A stretch of DNA of 64,000 bases from Deferrisomatales bacterium. Its GTDB lineage: Bacteria; Desulfobacterota; Deferrisomatia; Deferrisomatales; JACRMM01. The notes under the pieces were generated by a model. That model saw nothing but the letters and a program-made list of their open reading frames with translations, was not told the origin of the DNA and searched no databases. Where the stretch lies: positions 44,092-108,091 of the forward strand of contig JAWSUI010000003.1 in NCBI GenBank assembly GCA_033551855.1. Direction: 5' to 3'. The translations under genes were made by a program, and so were the position numbers. This document shows, in pieces, positions 38,892 through 48,616 of this stretch; position 1 is the first letter of the stretch, and every line of letters begins with the position of its first letter.

Positions 38892-39842
38892 TCAGGCCAT
38901 CACGTCGTCGATCACCTTCTTCAGGGCCCGAACCGACTCCGGGTGGCGCAGAATCAGGATGTCCGCCCCCGCCGTGAGTAGGTCTGTCGCCGTCACCGTC
39001 TCCCAGAGGACGCCCCGGGTCTTCACGTCCCCGAAGCTCGGCTCCTCGGCCTCGGGGATGCCGGCCTCCTTGGTCTTCCAGCAGTACTTGCCGATGTCGC
39101 AGATCAGGGGGGACTGCATCTTCTCGTCCCCTTGCTTGAGGCCGGTGAGCCGATCACGCTCCATGACCGAGTAGCTGTACTCGATGCCGTACCCCAGGGC
39201 GCCGGTGGAGGGGTCCATGAGGATCTTGTCCATGGGCACGCCCAGGTTGTTGAGCAGGATGTTGAGCTGCTTGGCCATGTTGACGTCGATGGGGGTCTGA
39301 GCCACGACCGTGTGTCCGTAGCCGATGGCGGCGCCGCCGATCTTCTTGTAGTTCTCTTCCACCGCCGGGCCGATCACCAGGTTCATGCCCTCGCACACCT
39401 CGGCCACCTTGGCCAGGGTCTCCGCATCCTTCTCGCCGTTCTCGCAGCCCCACACGATCAGCGGCACCGGGATGGCCTCCGCCACTTTCTTCGCCAGGGC
39501 GGCGGCTTCCGCGGCGCTCGTGTTGAGGCCGTTGGGGTCGGTGCTGGCGAGCTGCAGGCAGATGAGATCTGCCCCATACTCGTTGAGACACTTCAGGGCC
39601 CAAGCCACGGGGTCGCCGAGGACGTCCGCGAACGGCGCCTTGGCGTTCTCGGCCCAGGTCTCGGTGACCGCGGCCTTGTCGTAAACCTCCATCGCCACGA
39701 GGGGGCGGTTGGGGAACTGACCCTCGAAGTTGCACAGGGGCATGGCGTTCTGGCCTCCGACCTTCTTGGCCTTCGCGCCCGCGCCGAGGGCAACCTCGAC
39801 GATCTTTCCGGCGTAGGAGTCTTTCGGGAACTCAAATGCCAT
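38892..39842 (-). CDS. acsD: corrinoid/iron-sulfur protein small subunit
   Basis: 316-aa TIM-barrel subunit, adjacent to CODH/ACS. Confidence 0.9.
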   Translation of the reverse strand: MAFEFPKDSYAGKIVEVALGAGAKAKKVGGQNAMPLCNFEGQFPNRPLVAMEVYDKAAVTETWAENAKAPFADVLGDPVAWALKCLNEYGADLICLQLASTDPNGLNTSAAEAAALAKKVAEAIPVPLIVWGCENGEKDAETLAKVAEVCEGMNLVIGPAVEENYKKIGGAAIGYGHTVVAQTPIDVNMAKQLNILLNNLGVPMDKILMDPSTGALGYGIEYSYSVMERDRLTGLKQGDEKMQSPLICDIGKYCWKTKEAGIPEAEEPSFGDVKTRGVLWETVTATDLLTAGADILILRHPESVRALKKVIDDVMA

Positions 39843-39901
39843 GGTTCACGCTCCTTTCGTCCCTCGGCACGCGGCCTCGGACAGGTGTGATGTGCGGGCC
39901 G

Positions 39902-40660
39902 TCAGGCCTGCTCCTCCCTCGGTACGTAACGCTCCAAAATCTCAACCACGGCCCGGTAGGCCGCGGACTCCTCGGGGAGTTGGAAGGTAGGCCTGCCCTC
40001 GAGGTCGAAGGCGGTCACGTTCGGATCGGCCGGCACCACCCCCGCCAACTCCAGGCCCAGACGCTCGATCTCCCGGCGGGTGGGCTCCTCCAGCCCGCCG
40101 CTCACCCGGTTCACGATCACGGCAAGGCGGCCGATGTCGAGTTTGAGCTCCCCTACCAGGTCTCGAATCCTCCCGGCCGCCTGGATGCCCCGCACGGAGG
40201 AGTCCGTGACGGCGAGCACGAGATCCATGTTGTGGGTGGTGCGCCGGGAGAGGTGCTCCATTCCCGCTTCGTTGTCCAGGACGACGTAGGCGTAGTTGTC
40301 CGCCATCTCGTCCACGTACTTCTTGCACAGGGTGTTCGCGTAGCAGTAGCAGCCCGGCCCCTCCGGGCGCCCCATCACGACCAGGTCGAAGCCGTCGGCC
40401 TCGATCAGACACTCCTGGGTGCGGTAGTTGATGTAGGCGTCCTTCGTCATGCCCTGGGGTACGCTGCCCAGATTCTCCCGGATCTGGCCGATCGTCTGGT
40501 GGACCGAGAGGCCCAGCACCTCGTTCAGGTTCATGTTGGCGTCGGCGTCCACGGCCAGGACCCGCCCCTGCCCCCGCGTCACGAGGTGACGGAGGATGAG
40601 TCCGGCCACGGTGGTCTTGCCCGTTCCCCCCTTGCCCGCCACGGCGATGTGGAACCCCAT
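39902..40660 (-). CDS. cooC: CooC/AcsF-type nickel-insertion ATPase
   Basis: Deviant Walker A GKGGTGKTT and a CxC metal motif (GCYCYAN). ATG at 40660, 2 nt after the upstream stop. Confidence 0.9.
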   Translation of the reverse strand: MGFHIAVAGKGGTGKTTVAGLILRHLVTRGQGRVLAVDADANMNLNEVLGLSVHQTIGQIRENLGSVPQGMTKDAYINYRTQECLIEADGFDLVVMGRPEGPGCYCYANTLCKKYVDEMADNYAYVVLDNEAGMEHLSRRTTHNMDLVLAVTDSSVRGIQAAGRIRDLVGELKLDIGRLAVIVNRVSGGLEEPTRREIERLGLELAGVVPADPNVTAFDLEGRPTFQLPEESAAYRAVVEILERYVPREEQA

Positions 40661-40662
40661 TC

Positions 40663-42681
40663 TCAGGCCTCCGCTCTGGCGGCCGCCCGCAAGAGGGCCT
40701 GGAGCCGCCGGGTCTGCTGCGGAAAATCCTCCATCCGCGTGTGGGGAAGGAACAGGGCCGCCACATACTCCTCCATGTAGATGGGGGACGCCGAGAGCTC
40801 GATGTTCGTGATCATGGTGGCGATGGACTCCGCCTCCTCGATCTTGTCCCGGTAGAGAGTGGCGAGCGTGCACCCGGCCAGGCTGGTGTTGCCCCCGTAG
40901 CGCACGATCTCCGGGTTCACCTCCGGCAGGAGGCCGATGGCCATGGCCTTCTCCACGTCGATGTACTGGCCGAACCCGCCGGCGATGATGATCTTCTGCA
41001 CGTCCGCGAACGAGAGCCCCACGCTCTTCAGCAGGACCGAGCACGCCGCGTAGATGGAGGCCTTGGTCCGGATCAGGTTGTCCATGTCCGGCTCGGAGAT
41101 GACGATGTCCTGGTCGAGCTGGCTCTCGCCCTTCCAGCACAGGACATACTCCCAGCCGGTCTCCCCCTCCCGCAGGCGCGGCGACCTCTCTGCCAGCTCC
41201 TGGTTGAACTTTCCGTTCGGGGAGATGAGCCCCACCTCCTGGAACTCGGCCAGGCAGTCGATCATGCCGGAGCCGCATACACCTTTGGGCTTCGTCTGAC
41301 CGATGGTGAGCATCATCGGCTCGAAGTTCGCGGGATTGATGCGGACCTGCTCGATCGCGCCGAAGGTCGCCCGCATCCCAAACTTCACCCCTCCCCCTTC
41401 GAACGCCGGCCCGGCCGAGGCCGAGGCCGACACCATCCAGTCCTGGTTCCCGATGACGATCTCCCCGTTCGTGCCCACGTCCAGGAAGAGCGTCAGCTCC
41501 GGGTTCAGGTGAATGCCGGTGGCCAGGATCCCGGCAGTGATGTCGCCCCCCACGTAGGAGGCGACACAGGGCATGGCGTACCCCAGCATGTGCTCCGGCA
41601 CATGGATCCCCAACTCGTGGAGGCGGAACGGCGGGAAAAAGTTCGCCGCGGGCACGTAGGGGGCCTCTCGGATGTGCTTGGGGTTCAGGGACAGGAACAG
41701 CTGCGTCATCGTCGTGTTGCCGCCGAACACCGCATGGGTGACCTCGGCGCCCTGCACTCCGGCCTTCTCCAAGGCCTCCTCCAGGACCCCGTTGATCGTC
41801 TTCACCACCCGCTTCTGGAGGGCCTCCAGCCCCCCCGGCTTGAGGGCCGCCACGATGCGGGTGATGACGTCCTCGCCCATCGACACCTGGGAGTTGTAAT
41901 CCCCCGCCCGAGCGATCTCGCTCCCCTCATTGACGTCCAGGACGGCCGCGTGGACGGTGGTCGTTCCGATATCGACGGCCAGGGCGAAGGTCCGGTCCCG
42001 GGTGTCCCCCGGTTCGACCCGCAGGAGCCGCTTCCCCCTGTGGGTGTGCAGCACCGTGGCGGTGACCTTCCACTCCCCCTGGCGCAGCGCCGAGGACAGG
42101 GACCGCAGGACGTGGATGTCGGTGCCGATCCTCTCGATCCCGTGGTCCACCTTGAGCACCTGCCCCAGCCGACCCATGTCGGAGACGTTGTTCTCCTCCG
42201 TCGGGGGCGCCAGCTCGCAGAAGTACTTCACCACGGGGGGCTCGGCCTTCTGATCCGCGAATTCTAACCCCAGGCGGGCCGCCGAGAGGACGTGCTCCAC
42301 GGTGGCCCGGGTGGCTTTCCGCGCCAGCACCGCCTTCTCGTAGCGGGACTCCACGGGGACGTCCACGACCAGATCCCCCAGGATCTCGGTCTGGCATGCC
42401 AGGCGGTAGCCTTCGTCCCACTCCGCCTTCGAGAGCTTCGAAGAGGTCTGCGTCCGGTGCTCGCCCTCCCGGATCTTGACCTTGCACTTGCCGCAGGTTC
42501 CGGCCCCCCCACAGGAGGCATTGACGTGCACACCCGCGACCATCGCGACCCGGAGGAGATTCTCCGCCTCGCGGTAGACGTCGATGGTCGCGTCGTCCGG
42601 CAGGAAACGGACCGTGTGGCGCTTCTGGGGCAAGACGTCTCCCGGCAAAAGGGACGGGTGGGGAGGGTCAACCCTCCCCAC
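40663..42681 (-). CDS. reductive activator of the corrinoid/Fe-S protein (RACo/AcsV-like)
   Basis: N-terminal plant-type 2Fe-2S ferredoxin (CGGAGTCGKCKV) and an ASKHA-type ATPase body. GTG start at 42681 is uncertain. Confidence 0.85.
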   Translation of the reverse strand: MGRVDPPHPSLLPGDVLPQKRHTVRFLPDDATIDVYREAENLLRVAMVAGVHVNASCGGAGTCGKCKVKIREGEHRTQTSSKLSKAEWDEGYRLACQTEILGDLVVDVPVESRYEKAVLARKATRATVEHVLSAARLGLEFADQKAEPPVVKYFCELAPPTEENNVSDMGRLGQVLKVDHGIERIGTDIHVLRSLSSALRQGEWKVTATVLHTHRGKRLLRVEPGDTRDRTFALAVDIGTTTVHAAVLDVNEGSEIARAGDYNSQVSMGEDVITRIVAALKPGGLEALQKRVVKTINGVLEEALEKAGVQGAEVTHAVFGGNTTMTQLFLSLNPKHIREAPYVPAANFFPPFRLHELGIHVPEHMLGYAMPCVASYVGGDITAGILATGIHLNPELTLFLDVGTNGEIVIGNQDWMVSASASAGPAFEGGGVKFGMRATFGAIEQVRINPANFEPMMLTIGQTKPKGVCGSGMIDCLAEFQEVGLISPNGKFNQELAERSPRLREGETGWEYVLCWKGESQLDQDIVISEPDMDNLIRTKASIYAACSVLLKSVGLSFADVQKIIIAGGFGQYIDVEKAMAIGLLPEVNPEIVRYGGNTSLAGCTLATLYRDKIEEAESIATMITNIELSASPIYMEEYVAALFLPHTRMEDFPQQTRRLQALLRAAARAEA

Positions 42682-42705
42682 CCAGACCGCAATGGAATGA
42701 ACGGT

Positions 42706-44439
42706 CTAGAACAGGCCCTTGATCCGGCCGGTATCCGTGTCGATGTCCACGTACCTGTACGCCGGGTCCGCGGACAGTCCCGGCATGGTGCGCATGACGC
42801 CCAACAGCGGGTACAGGAACCCCGCCCCCAGGCTGGCGCGGATGTCGCGGATCGGCACGCGGAAGCCCCGCGGGCGTCCCTTGAGGGTGAGGTCGTGGCT
42901 CAGGGACAGATGGGTCTTCGCCATGCACAGGGGCAGCTTGTCGTAGCCGAGCTTGGTGAACTGGGCGATCTTCTGCTCCGCCTCGGGCATGTAGTCCACG
43001 CCGTCGGCACCGTAGATCTCCGTGGCGATCACCTCGATCTTCTGCTTGATGGACCAGTCGTCCGGGTACAGGAACTTGAAGTCCTTGGGCTCGTCACAGG
43101 CCTTCACGACCTCCTGAGCGGCATCGGTCGCCCCGGCGCCGCCGTGCATCCACACCTCGATCGGCACCGACGCGCTGGCGCCGGCCTCCTCGGCCCGCTT
43201 CTGGATGATGGAGATCTCGTCGTCCCGGTCGAAGGCGAACCGGTTGATGGTGTTGACCACCGGCACCCCGAACTTCTTCATGTTCTCGATGTGCTTCTCG
43301 AGGTTCTCGATACCCTTCTCGAGGTAGGCGTAGTGCTCCTTCTGCAGTTCCGTGGCCAGCTGCTTCGGGGTGTACTTGGAGATCTCGGAGTAGGGCATGC
43401 CGTGCATCTTGAGGGCGCGCACCGTACAGGTGATGACCACGCAGTCCGGGCTGAACCCGCCGTAGCGGCAGGTGATGTTCATGAACTTCTCGGCGCCCAT
43501 GTCCGCCGCGAAGCCGGACTCGGTGACGGTGTAGTCGCCGAGCTTCAGCGCCACCCGGTCGGCGACGATGGAGTTGTTGCCGTGGGCGATGTTGGCGAAC
43601 GGGCCGGCGTGCACCAAGGCCGGGTTCCCTTCGAGGGACTGGATCAGGTTGGGCTTGAGGGCGTCCTTCATGAGGGCGGTCATCGCCCCGGCCACCTGGA
43701 GGTCCTCGGTGGTCACCGGCTTCCCGTCGTAGGTGTAGGCCAGCAGGATGCGCCCCATGCGCGCGCGCAGATCCGCCAGATCCGTGGCCAGGGCCAGGAT
43801 GGCCATGACCTCGGAAGCCACGGCGATATCGAACCCCCCCTGCCGCGGGATGCCGTTGAGCTTGCCGCCCAAACCGACCACGATCTCCCGGAGGCAGCGG
43901 TCGTTCAGGTCCACCACGCGGTTCCACTGGATGGTCAGGGGGTCGATGTTCAGCGGGTTGCCGTGCATCAGGCTGGTGTCGAGGGCGGCGGAACAAAGGT
44001 TGTGGGTGATGGATACGGCGTGAATGTCCCCGGTGAAGTGGAGGTTCAGGTCCTCCATGGGCACGATCTGGGAGTACCCGCCCCCGGCGGCGCCGCCCTT
44101 GATGCCGAACACCGGCCCCAGGCTGGGCTCCCGCAGGGCCAGCATGGCGCTCTTCCCGATCTTGTTCAGGCCCTCATAGAGCCCGATGGACGTGACCGTC
44201 TTGCCCTCTCCCAGCGGGGTGGGCGTGCAGGCGGTGACGTCGATCAGCTTGCCGTTGGGCTTGCTCTCCAGACGCTTGAGCAGCGCCATGAAGTCGATCT
44301 TTGCCTTATAGTTGCCGTAGTACTCCAGTTCGGACTCCAGGATGCCTGCTTTCTCGGCGATCTCCCGGATGTGCTTCATCTTGTGGCTCTGGGCGATCTC
44401 GAGATCCGAGGGGACGTTCTTGGGCGTCAGCTTGGCCAT
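42706..44439 (-). CDS. fhs: formate-tetrahydrofolate ligase
   Basis: TPTPLGEGKT nucleotide-binding motif. ATG at 44439 is preceded by GGAGGGAGGA. The ORF-track 5' extension is rejected. Confidence 0.96.
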   Translation of the reverse strand: MAKLTPKNVPSDLEIAQSHKMKHIREIAEKAGILESELEYYGNYKAKIDFMALLKRLESKPNGKLIDVTACTPTPLGEGKTVTSIGLYEGLNKIGKSAMLALREPSLGPVFGIKGGAAGGGYSQIVPMEDLNLHFTGDIHAVSITHNLCSAALDTSLMHGNPLNIDPLTIQWNRVVDLNDRCLREIVVGLGGKLNGIPRQGGFDIAVASEVMAILALATDLADLRARMGRILLAYTYDGKPVTTEDLQVAGAMTALMKDALKPNLIQSLEGNPALVHAGPFANIAHGNNSIVADRVALKLGDYTVTESGFAADMGAEKFMNITCRYGGFSPDCVVITCTVRALKMHGMPYSEISKYTPKQLATELQKEHYAYLEKGIENLEKHIENMKKFGVPVVNTINRFAFDRDDEISIIQKRAEEAGASASVPIEVWMHGGAGATDAAQEVVKACDEPKDFKFLYPDDWSIKQKIEVIATEIYGADGVDYMPEAEQKIAQFTKLGYDKLPLCMAKTHLSLSHDLTLKGRPRGFRVPIRDIRASLGAGFLYPLLGVMRTMPGLSADPAYRYVDIDTDTGRIKGLF

Positions 44440-44818
44440 GGTCCTCCCTCCATCGGGCCTTTCGGCCTCAGCAAGTTGCCCGCGCCAGGAGTGCGCGGTT
44501 TCCCTTGAAAAAAGCGGAACGAAGCAAGTCCGGGGTCCGGCCGGGGTGCACCGTAACCGACCGGCGACCTCGAGGCAACCGATCGCGGAGGCCGAGAGGA
44601 AACCCCGAATCCCGTGACCCGAGAGGGACGTGCCGAACACTCTCCGCGAGGCAGACCGGAGACCCAAGCGCCCCTTGGGTCCGGCCCGATCCAAAGGCGG
44701 ACGTAGATGGCGGCGGCGCGGCAACCCGCGGGCGGAACCCGGCTCTCGCGGTCGCGGCGCCCCCTCCGGCCTGCAAGGACCTTCGAACGGCTGTTTCCGC
44801 GCAATAGAGGGCGCGGCA

Positions 44819-44848
44819 AGGATACTGAGGCCCAATTTTTGATGTCAA
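44819..44848 (-). promoter_or_regulatory. sigma70 promoter TTGACA-18 nt-TATCCT for the fhs-acs operon
   Basis: Perfect -35 within an AT-richer patch. About 370 nt upstream of the fhs ATG. Confidence 0.5.
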
Positions 44849-44948
44849 GGGCATTTTTCCCGGTAGATCCAGAGAGAATACCGCGGAAGGCCGACTGACC
44901 GCCCGTAGCGCCTCCCGCGCGGAAGCCCGCGGGGCCTCCGCCCCGACA

Positions 44949-45623
44949 TCAGAACCGGTACCCAACGCCGAGGTAGAGACCCGTCTCATCGAACAGGTGG
45001 AGCTCCCCCGTAAAGAACACGTTGGGGTTCACGAAGTAGTCCGCTCCGCCGAACACCCCCACGTAGTCGTCCCCCTCCGTGTCCGGAACCCCCCGATTGC
45101 CGTCGTAGCGCGCATAGGAGACCCGCACGCCACCGTAGGGGAAGAAGTATCCCACGCGTCGGGCCGCCCCGACCTCCCGGACGACATAGGTGGCCGCGTG
45201 GTACGCCTGGTGGCGCACCCGCTTCCCGCCGTCGGTGCTTCGCAGGTACTCCCCCTGGAGGTCGAGCACCAGCTTGATGGCACTCTCGGGGAAGCTGAGC
45301 AGCCCGAGGCGCACACCCGCGCCAAAGGTCTCCCCCAGGGATCCGCTGAAATCGGCGCGGTCGAAATCCAGGTCCCCGAGCCCCACCGTCCCGTACACGT
45401 CCACCCCGTCGGTCACACCGACCTGACCGCGCAGGAGAACCCGCCGCGTCACCACCTCGTCCCTTCTGCCGTCCTTCACGTCCCGCTCGCCATAACCCAG
45501 AGTCACCGAGGTCGCGAACCCTCCAGGGCCGAGGGGGGACGCGAGCCCGCCGGTCTGGGCCGCCGAGGCCGCCCCGGCAAGAAACAGCACGGTACCAACA
45601 GCGAGGGGAACGAAAGCTCTCAT
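44949..45623 (-). CDS. outer-membrane beta-barrel protein (OmpW/OMP_b-brl-like)
   Basis: Signal peptide ending AASA-AQ, alternating beta-strand pattern and a C-terminal GVGYRF. Confidence 0.8.
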   Translation of the reverse strand: MRAFVPLAVGTVLFLAGAASAAQTGGLASPLGPGGFATSVTLGYGERDVKDGRRDEVVTRRVLLRGQVGVTDGVDVYGTVGLGDLDFDRADFSGSLGETFGAGVRLGLLSFPESAIKLVLDLQGEYLRSTDGGKRVRHQAYHAATYVVREVGAARRVGYFFPYGGVRVSYARYDGNRGVPDTEGDDYVGVFGGADYFVNPNVFFTGELHLFDETGLYLGVGYRF

Positions 45624-45823
45624 CGATGGCTCCTCCGCGACGGGGGCAGGACAGGGGACACAACCACTCTCCCCGGGGATAGACCCCTTCGTTTACCACA
45701 ACGCGTCCGGGTGTCCAAGCGTCTTCGGACTCCTCCGGACGCCTTGCTTTTGGGAAACCCGTAATGTTAGGTTGGGTGCCCCTCCACGCCCCAAACCCTC
45801 CACACCCTTGGGAGTAGAGCCCC

Positions 45824-47719
45824 ATGCTCGAGAAGATCCGCAGAAATGTCCGGCACCCGTACATCCAGGTGCTTCTGGGGCTGATCATTCTGGTGTTCGT
45901 CCTCTTTTTCGGTTGGGGCATGGAGTCCCAGCGGCCCAGCTACGTCGCGAAGGTCAACGGCGACGCGATCGAGTACCGGCCGTATCAGGAGGCCTACAAT
46001 GGGTTGGTTCGTCTGTACCAGGAAGCCTTCCAGGGCGACCTCTCGGGCGACCGGCTGCGGGAGCTCGAGCTGGGGCGGCGCGCCCTAGAGCAGTTGGTGG
46101 ACCAGACGCTGCTGATGCAGGAAGCGAGCCGCCGGAGGCTCCGGGTCACCGAGGCGGAACTGCAGGCCGCTATCGAGGCGGTGCCGGTGTTCCAAGAGTC
46201 GGGGGCGTTTCGAAAGGACCTTTATCTCCGCGTGCTGGATGCCAACCGGCTCTCGCCGCTGGAGTACGAACGGACGACCAGGAACGCGCTCCTCCTGCAG
46301 AAGGTCGAGGCCGCCATCCGCGCCGAGGCCACGGTCTCGGACGCCGACGTGGAGCAGGAGTTTCGCGACCGGAACACGAAGATCCGGCTCGAGCTCGTCT
46401 CGGTGGACCCGGACACCCTCGCCGCCGGCATCCGCCCCACCCCCGCCCAACTGGAGGAATTCTTCACTGTCGAAGCGGAGTCGCTCCGGGTTCCCGAGAG
46501 GCGCTCGGCCCGCTACGTGCTCTTTCGGCCGGAGGACTTTCTCGGCTCGGAGGAGGCCGCGCGGCTGGAAGCGGAAGAGGAGTACCGGTGGCGCGCGGGA
46601 GAGTTCGCCGTGCCGGAAGCGGTTCGCGCCAGGCACCTGCTCCTGCAGGTCGGCCCGGAGGTGAGCCAGGCCGAGGAAGCCCTGATCCTGGAGCGGGCGG
46701 AGAGTCTCCGCCAGGAGATCCTGGGCGGCGCCTCGTTCGCGGAGCTCGCGCAGAGGGTGTCCGAGGACCCCGGGACCAAGGACCAGGGGGGAGACCTGGG
46801 CTACTTCGAGAGAGGGCAGATGGTGCCGCAGTTCGAGGCCGCCGCCTTTTCCCTGTCGCCGGGGGAGCTGAGCGAGCCGGTGAGAACGGCCTTCGGATAC
46901 CACCTCATCCTCGTGGAGGATCGCCGGGAGCCCCGCGAGCCCTCCTTCGACGAGGTGGCCGAGGGGCTCACGTCGGAGATTCGGCGGCGCAGGGCCCTGG
47001 AGGAGGCCTACGCGGCCGCGGACAACCTCCTCATGGACCTAGAGGACGGCGACACCTCCTGGGAGGCGGTCCGTTCGTCCCACGAGGTGCGTACGACCGA
47101 TCCGGTCTCACGCGGCGAAGCCCCCGGCGGTGTGGAGAGGCCCGCCGAGTTCGGGCAGGCGCTCTTCGCCCTGGCTCCGGACCGCCCGGGGGTCCTGCTC
47201 GAGACCCGGGCCGGGACCTATCTGCTGGCGGTGGAGACCGTGGAGCCCTCGGCTGTCCCCCCCCTGGAGGCGGTTCGGAAACAGGTCTCCGCCCGCTTTC
47301 GGAACGCGGAGGGTCGGCGGCAGGCCGAAGCCCGGGCCCGCGAGGTCCTGGACATGGCCCGGGAGAAGGGCTGGGAGGCCGCCCTCGCGTCCTTCGGCCT
47401 GGAGCCCCAGCGGACCGAGCCGTTCCCCCGCAAGGGAGGGGCCGTGCCGACCCTGGGCTGGGCTCCCGCTCTCAAAGAGGCCGCTTTCGCCGTGGCCGCC
47501 GACGGCGGGGTCGCGGCGGAGCCCCACGAGGTGAACGGCGTCTTCTACGCGTTCCGCGTGTTCGAGCGGGTCGAAGCCGATCCGTCCGAGCTGGAGGCGG
47601 AGCGGGAGGCGCTGCGCGCGGAGCTCCTGCCGGGGAAGCAGGAACAGTACCTGGAGAGCTACCTGGCCGCGCTCCGAGCCGGCGCCAAGATCGTGGTCAC
47701 GGAAGAGCTGCTCCTGTAG
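45824..47719 (+). CDS. ppiD: periplasmic chaperone / parvulin-type PPIase PpiD
   Basis: N-terminal TM anchor. Internal parvulin domain (ARHLLL...GGDLGYFERGQMVPQFE...GYHLI). Confidence 0.88.
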   Translation: MLEKIRRNVRHPYIQVLLGLIILVFVLFFGWGMESQRPSYVAKVNGDAIEYRPYQEAYNGLVRLYQEAFQGDLSGDRLRELELGRRALEQLVDQTLLMQEASRRRLRVTEAELQAAIEAVPVFQESGAFRKDLYLRVLDANRLSPLEYERTTRNALLLQKVEAAIRAEATVSDADVEQEFRDRNTKIRLELVSVDPDTLAAGIRPTPAQLEEFFTVEAESLRVPERRSARYVLFRPEDFLGSEEAARLEAEEEYRWRAGEFAVPEAVRARHLLLQVGPEVSQAEEALILERAESLRQEILGGASFAELAQRVSEDPGTKDQGGDLGYFERGQMVPQFEAAAFSLSPGELSEPVRTAFGYHLILVEDRREPREPSFDEVAEGLTSEIRRRRALEEAYAAADNLLMDLEDGDTSWEAVRSSHEVRTTDPVSRGEAPGGVERPAEFGQALFALAPDRPGVLLETRAGTYLLAVETVEPSAVPPLEAVRKQVSARFRNAEGRRQAEARAREVLDMAREKGWEAALASFGLEPQRTEPFPRKGGAVPTLGWAPALKEAAFAVAADGGVAAEPHEVNGVFYAFRVFERVEADPSELEAEREALRAELLPGKQEQYLESYLAALRAGAKIVVTEELLL

Positions 47720-47800
47720 GGGGGACAAGAGCGGCTGTTCTCGTGGGCCGTTCGAGGTGCCCGTCCAGCCGGCACGCCGCAGGAAGGGACGGTGGGGGAC

Positions 47801-48616
47801 TCACCCGGGCGGCGCCAGATACTCCAGTGCCAGCAAGGGGGTGGCCCGGTAGGCACGGCGCAGCCGCTCCTGCTCCGCCGGAGTCTTCTCTTCCCACAGG
47901 GAGCTGCGCAGGGGAAGGTCGCTGATGTAGGTGAGGGCGGCACCCCGCAGCCCGTGCCGCGGCACGGCGGTGAAGAAGGCGGAGAGCTCCATCTCCAGCG
48001 CGTCGTAGCCGTGCCGGCGCAACTCCACCAGGTTCTCCCGGGACTCGGCGGTGATGCTCCCGACCGTGAAGACCCTCCCCTCCCTCGCCGGGAACCCGCG
48101 GGAGGCCAAGAAGGACACCAGATCCTCCCCAACCCCTTCGGGCTTCGGCACCCGCCGAGCTCCCCGCACGACCCCGGAGAAGGAGTCCTGGGAGTAGCGA
48201 CTGTAGCCCTCCCCGTCCGCGGCCTCGTGGGCGACGAAGAACTCCCCGATGGCGTGGTCCTCCGCCAGCCCCCCCACCGCCCCGGCGAACAGGACCCGCC
48301 GGGCGGGGGTGAGGGAGAGAAAGCCGAGGCAGTCTCCCACCCGTGAAGGACCGACGCCGGTCGCGATCACCGTGACCCGACGTCCACGGAAGGTCGCGGT
48401 GACGCCCCGGTAGAAAAAGGGGGGGGAGAGCTCCACAGCGGCTCCCGCCATGTGCTGCCGGAACCCCTTGAGCGGCAGGAACGGGGTGACGATCACGTCG
48501 TCGGCCACCACCTCCGGACGGCAGCCGAAGACAACCCCCACCACGGCCGCCGGATCACCCAGGGAGAGGGGCCCCGCCACCCCGGCCCCGGATGCCCCCG
48601 CCTCCTCGGAGGTCAC
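47801..48616 (-). CDS. nucleoside phosphorylase-family (PNP_UDP_1) protein
   Basis: Phosphorylase-fold signatures (VIATGVGPSRV, EMELSAF). GTG start in a GTGA overlap with the response-regulator stop. Confidence 0.7.
   Translation of the reverse strand: MTSEEAGASGAGVAGPLSLGDPAAVVGVVFGCRPEVVADDVIVTPFLPLKGFRQHMAGAAVELSPPFFYRGVTATFRGRRVTVIATGVGPSRVGDCLGFLSLTPARRVLFAGAVGGLAEDHAIGEFFVAHEAADGEGYSRYSQDSFSGVVRGARRVPKPEGVGEDLVSFLASRGFPAREGRVFTVGSITAESRENLVELRRHGYDALEMELSAFFTAVPRHGLRGAALTYISDLPLRSSLWEEKTPAEQERLRRAYRATPLLALEYLAPPG

Noticed and set aside
32259-38981. A 2240-aa stop-free plus-strand ORF running antisense across acsE, acsC, acsB and acsA.
   Set aside because: The four real genes all share the same phase (their start coordinates are all 2 mod 3). 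The plus ORF is therefore the codon-aligned antisense frame throughout. Stops there would require the sense codons TTA, CTA or TCA, which a high-GC3 genome avoids. The translation is low-complexity (Arg/Gly/Pro/His/Asp-rich) with no motifs, while the minus-strand products are unmistakable.
44440-44811. A ZTP (pfl) or THF riboswitch in the fhs leader, since these commonly precede folate and C1 genes.
   Set aside because: Reading the minus-strand leader base by base, I found no ACUGGCG...GGGGAGCGACC or CCGCCUGGGC core, and no THF-like junction. Only generic GC hairpins are present.
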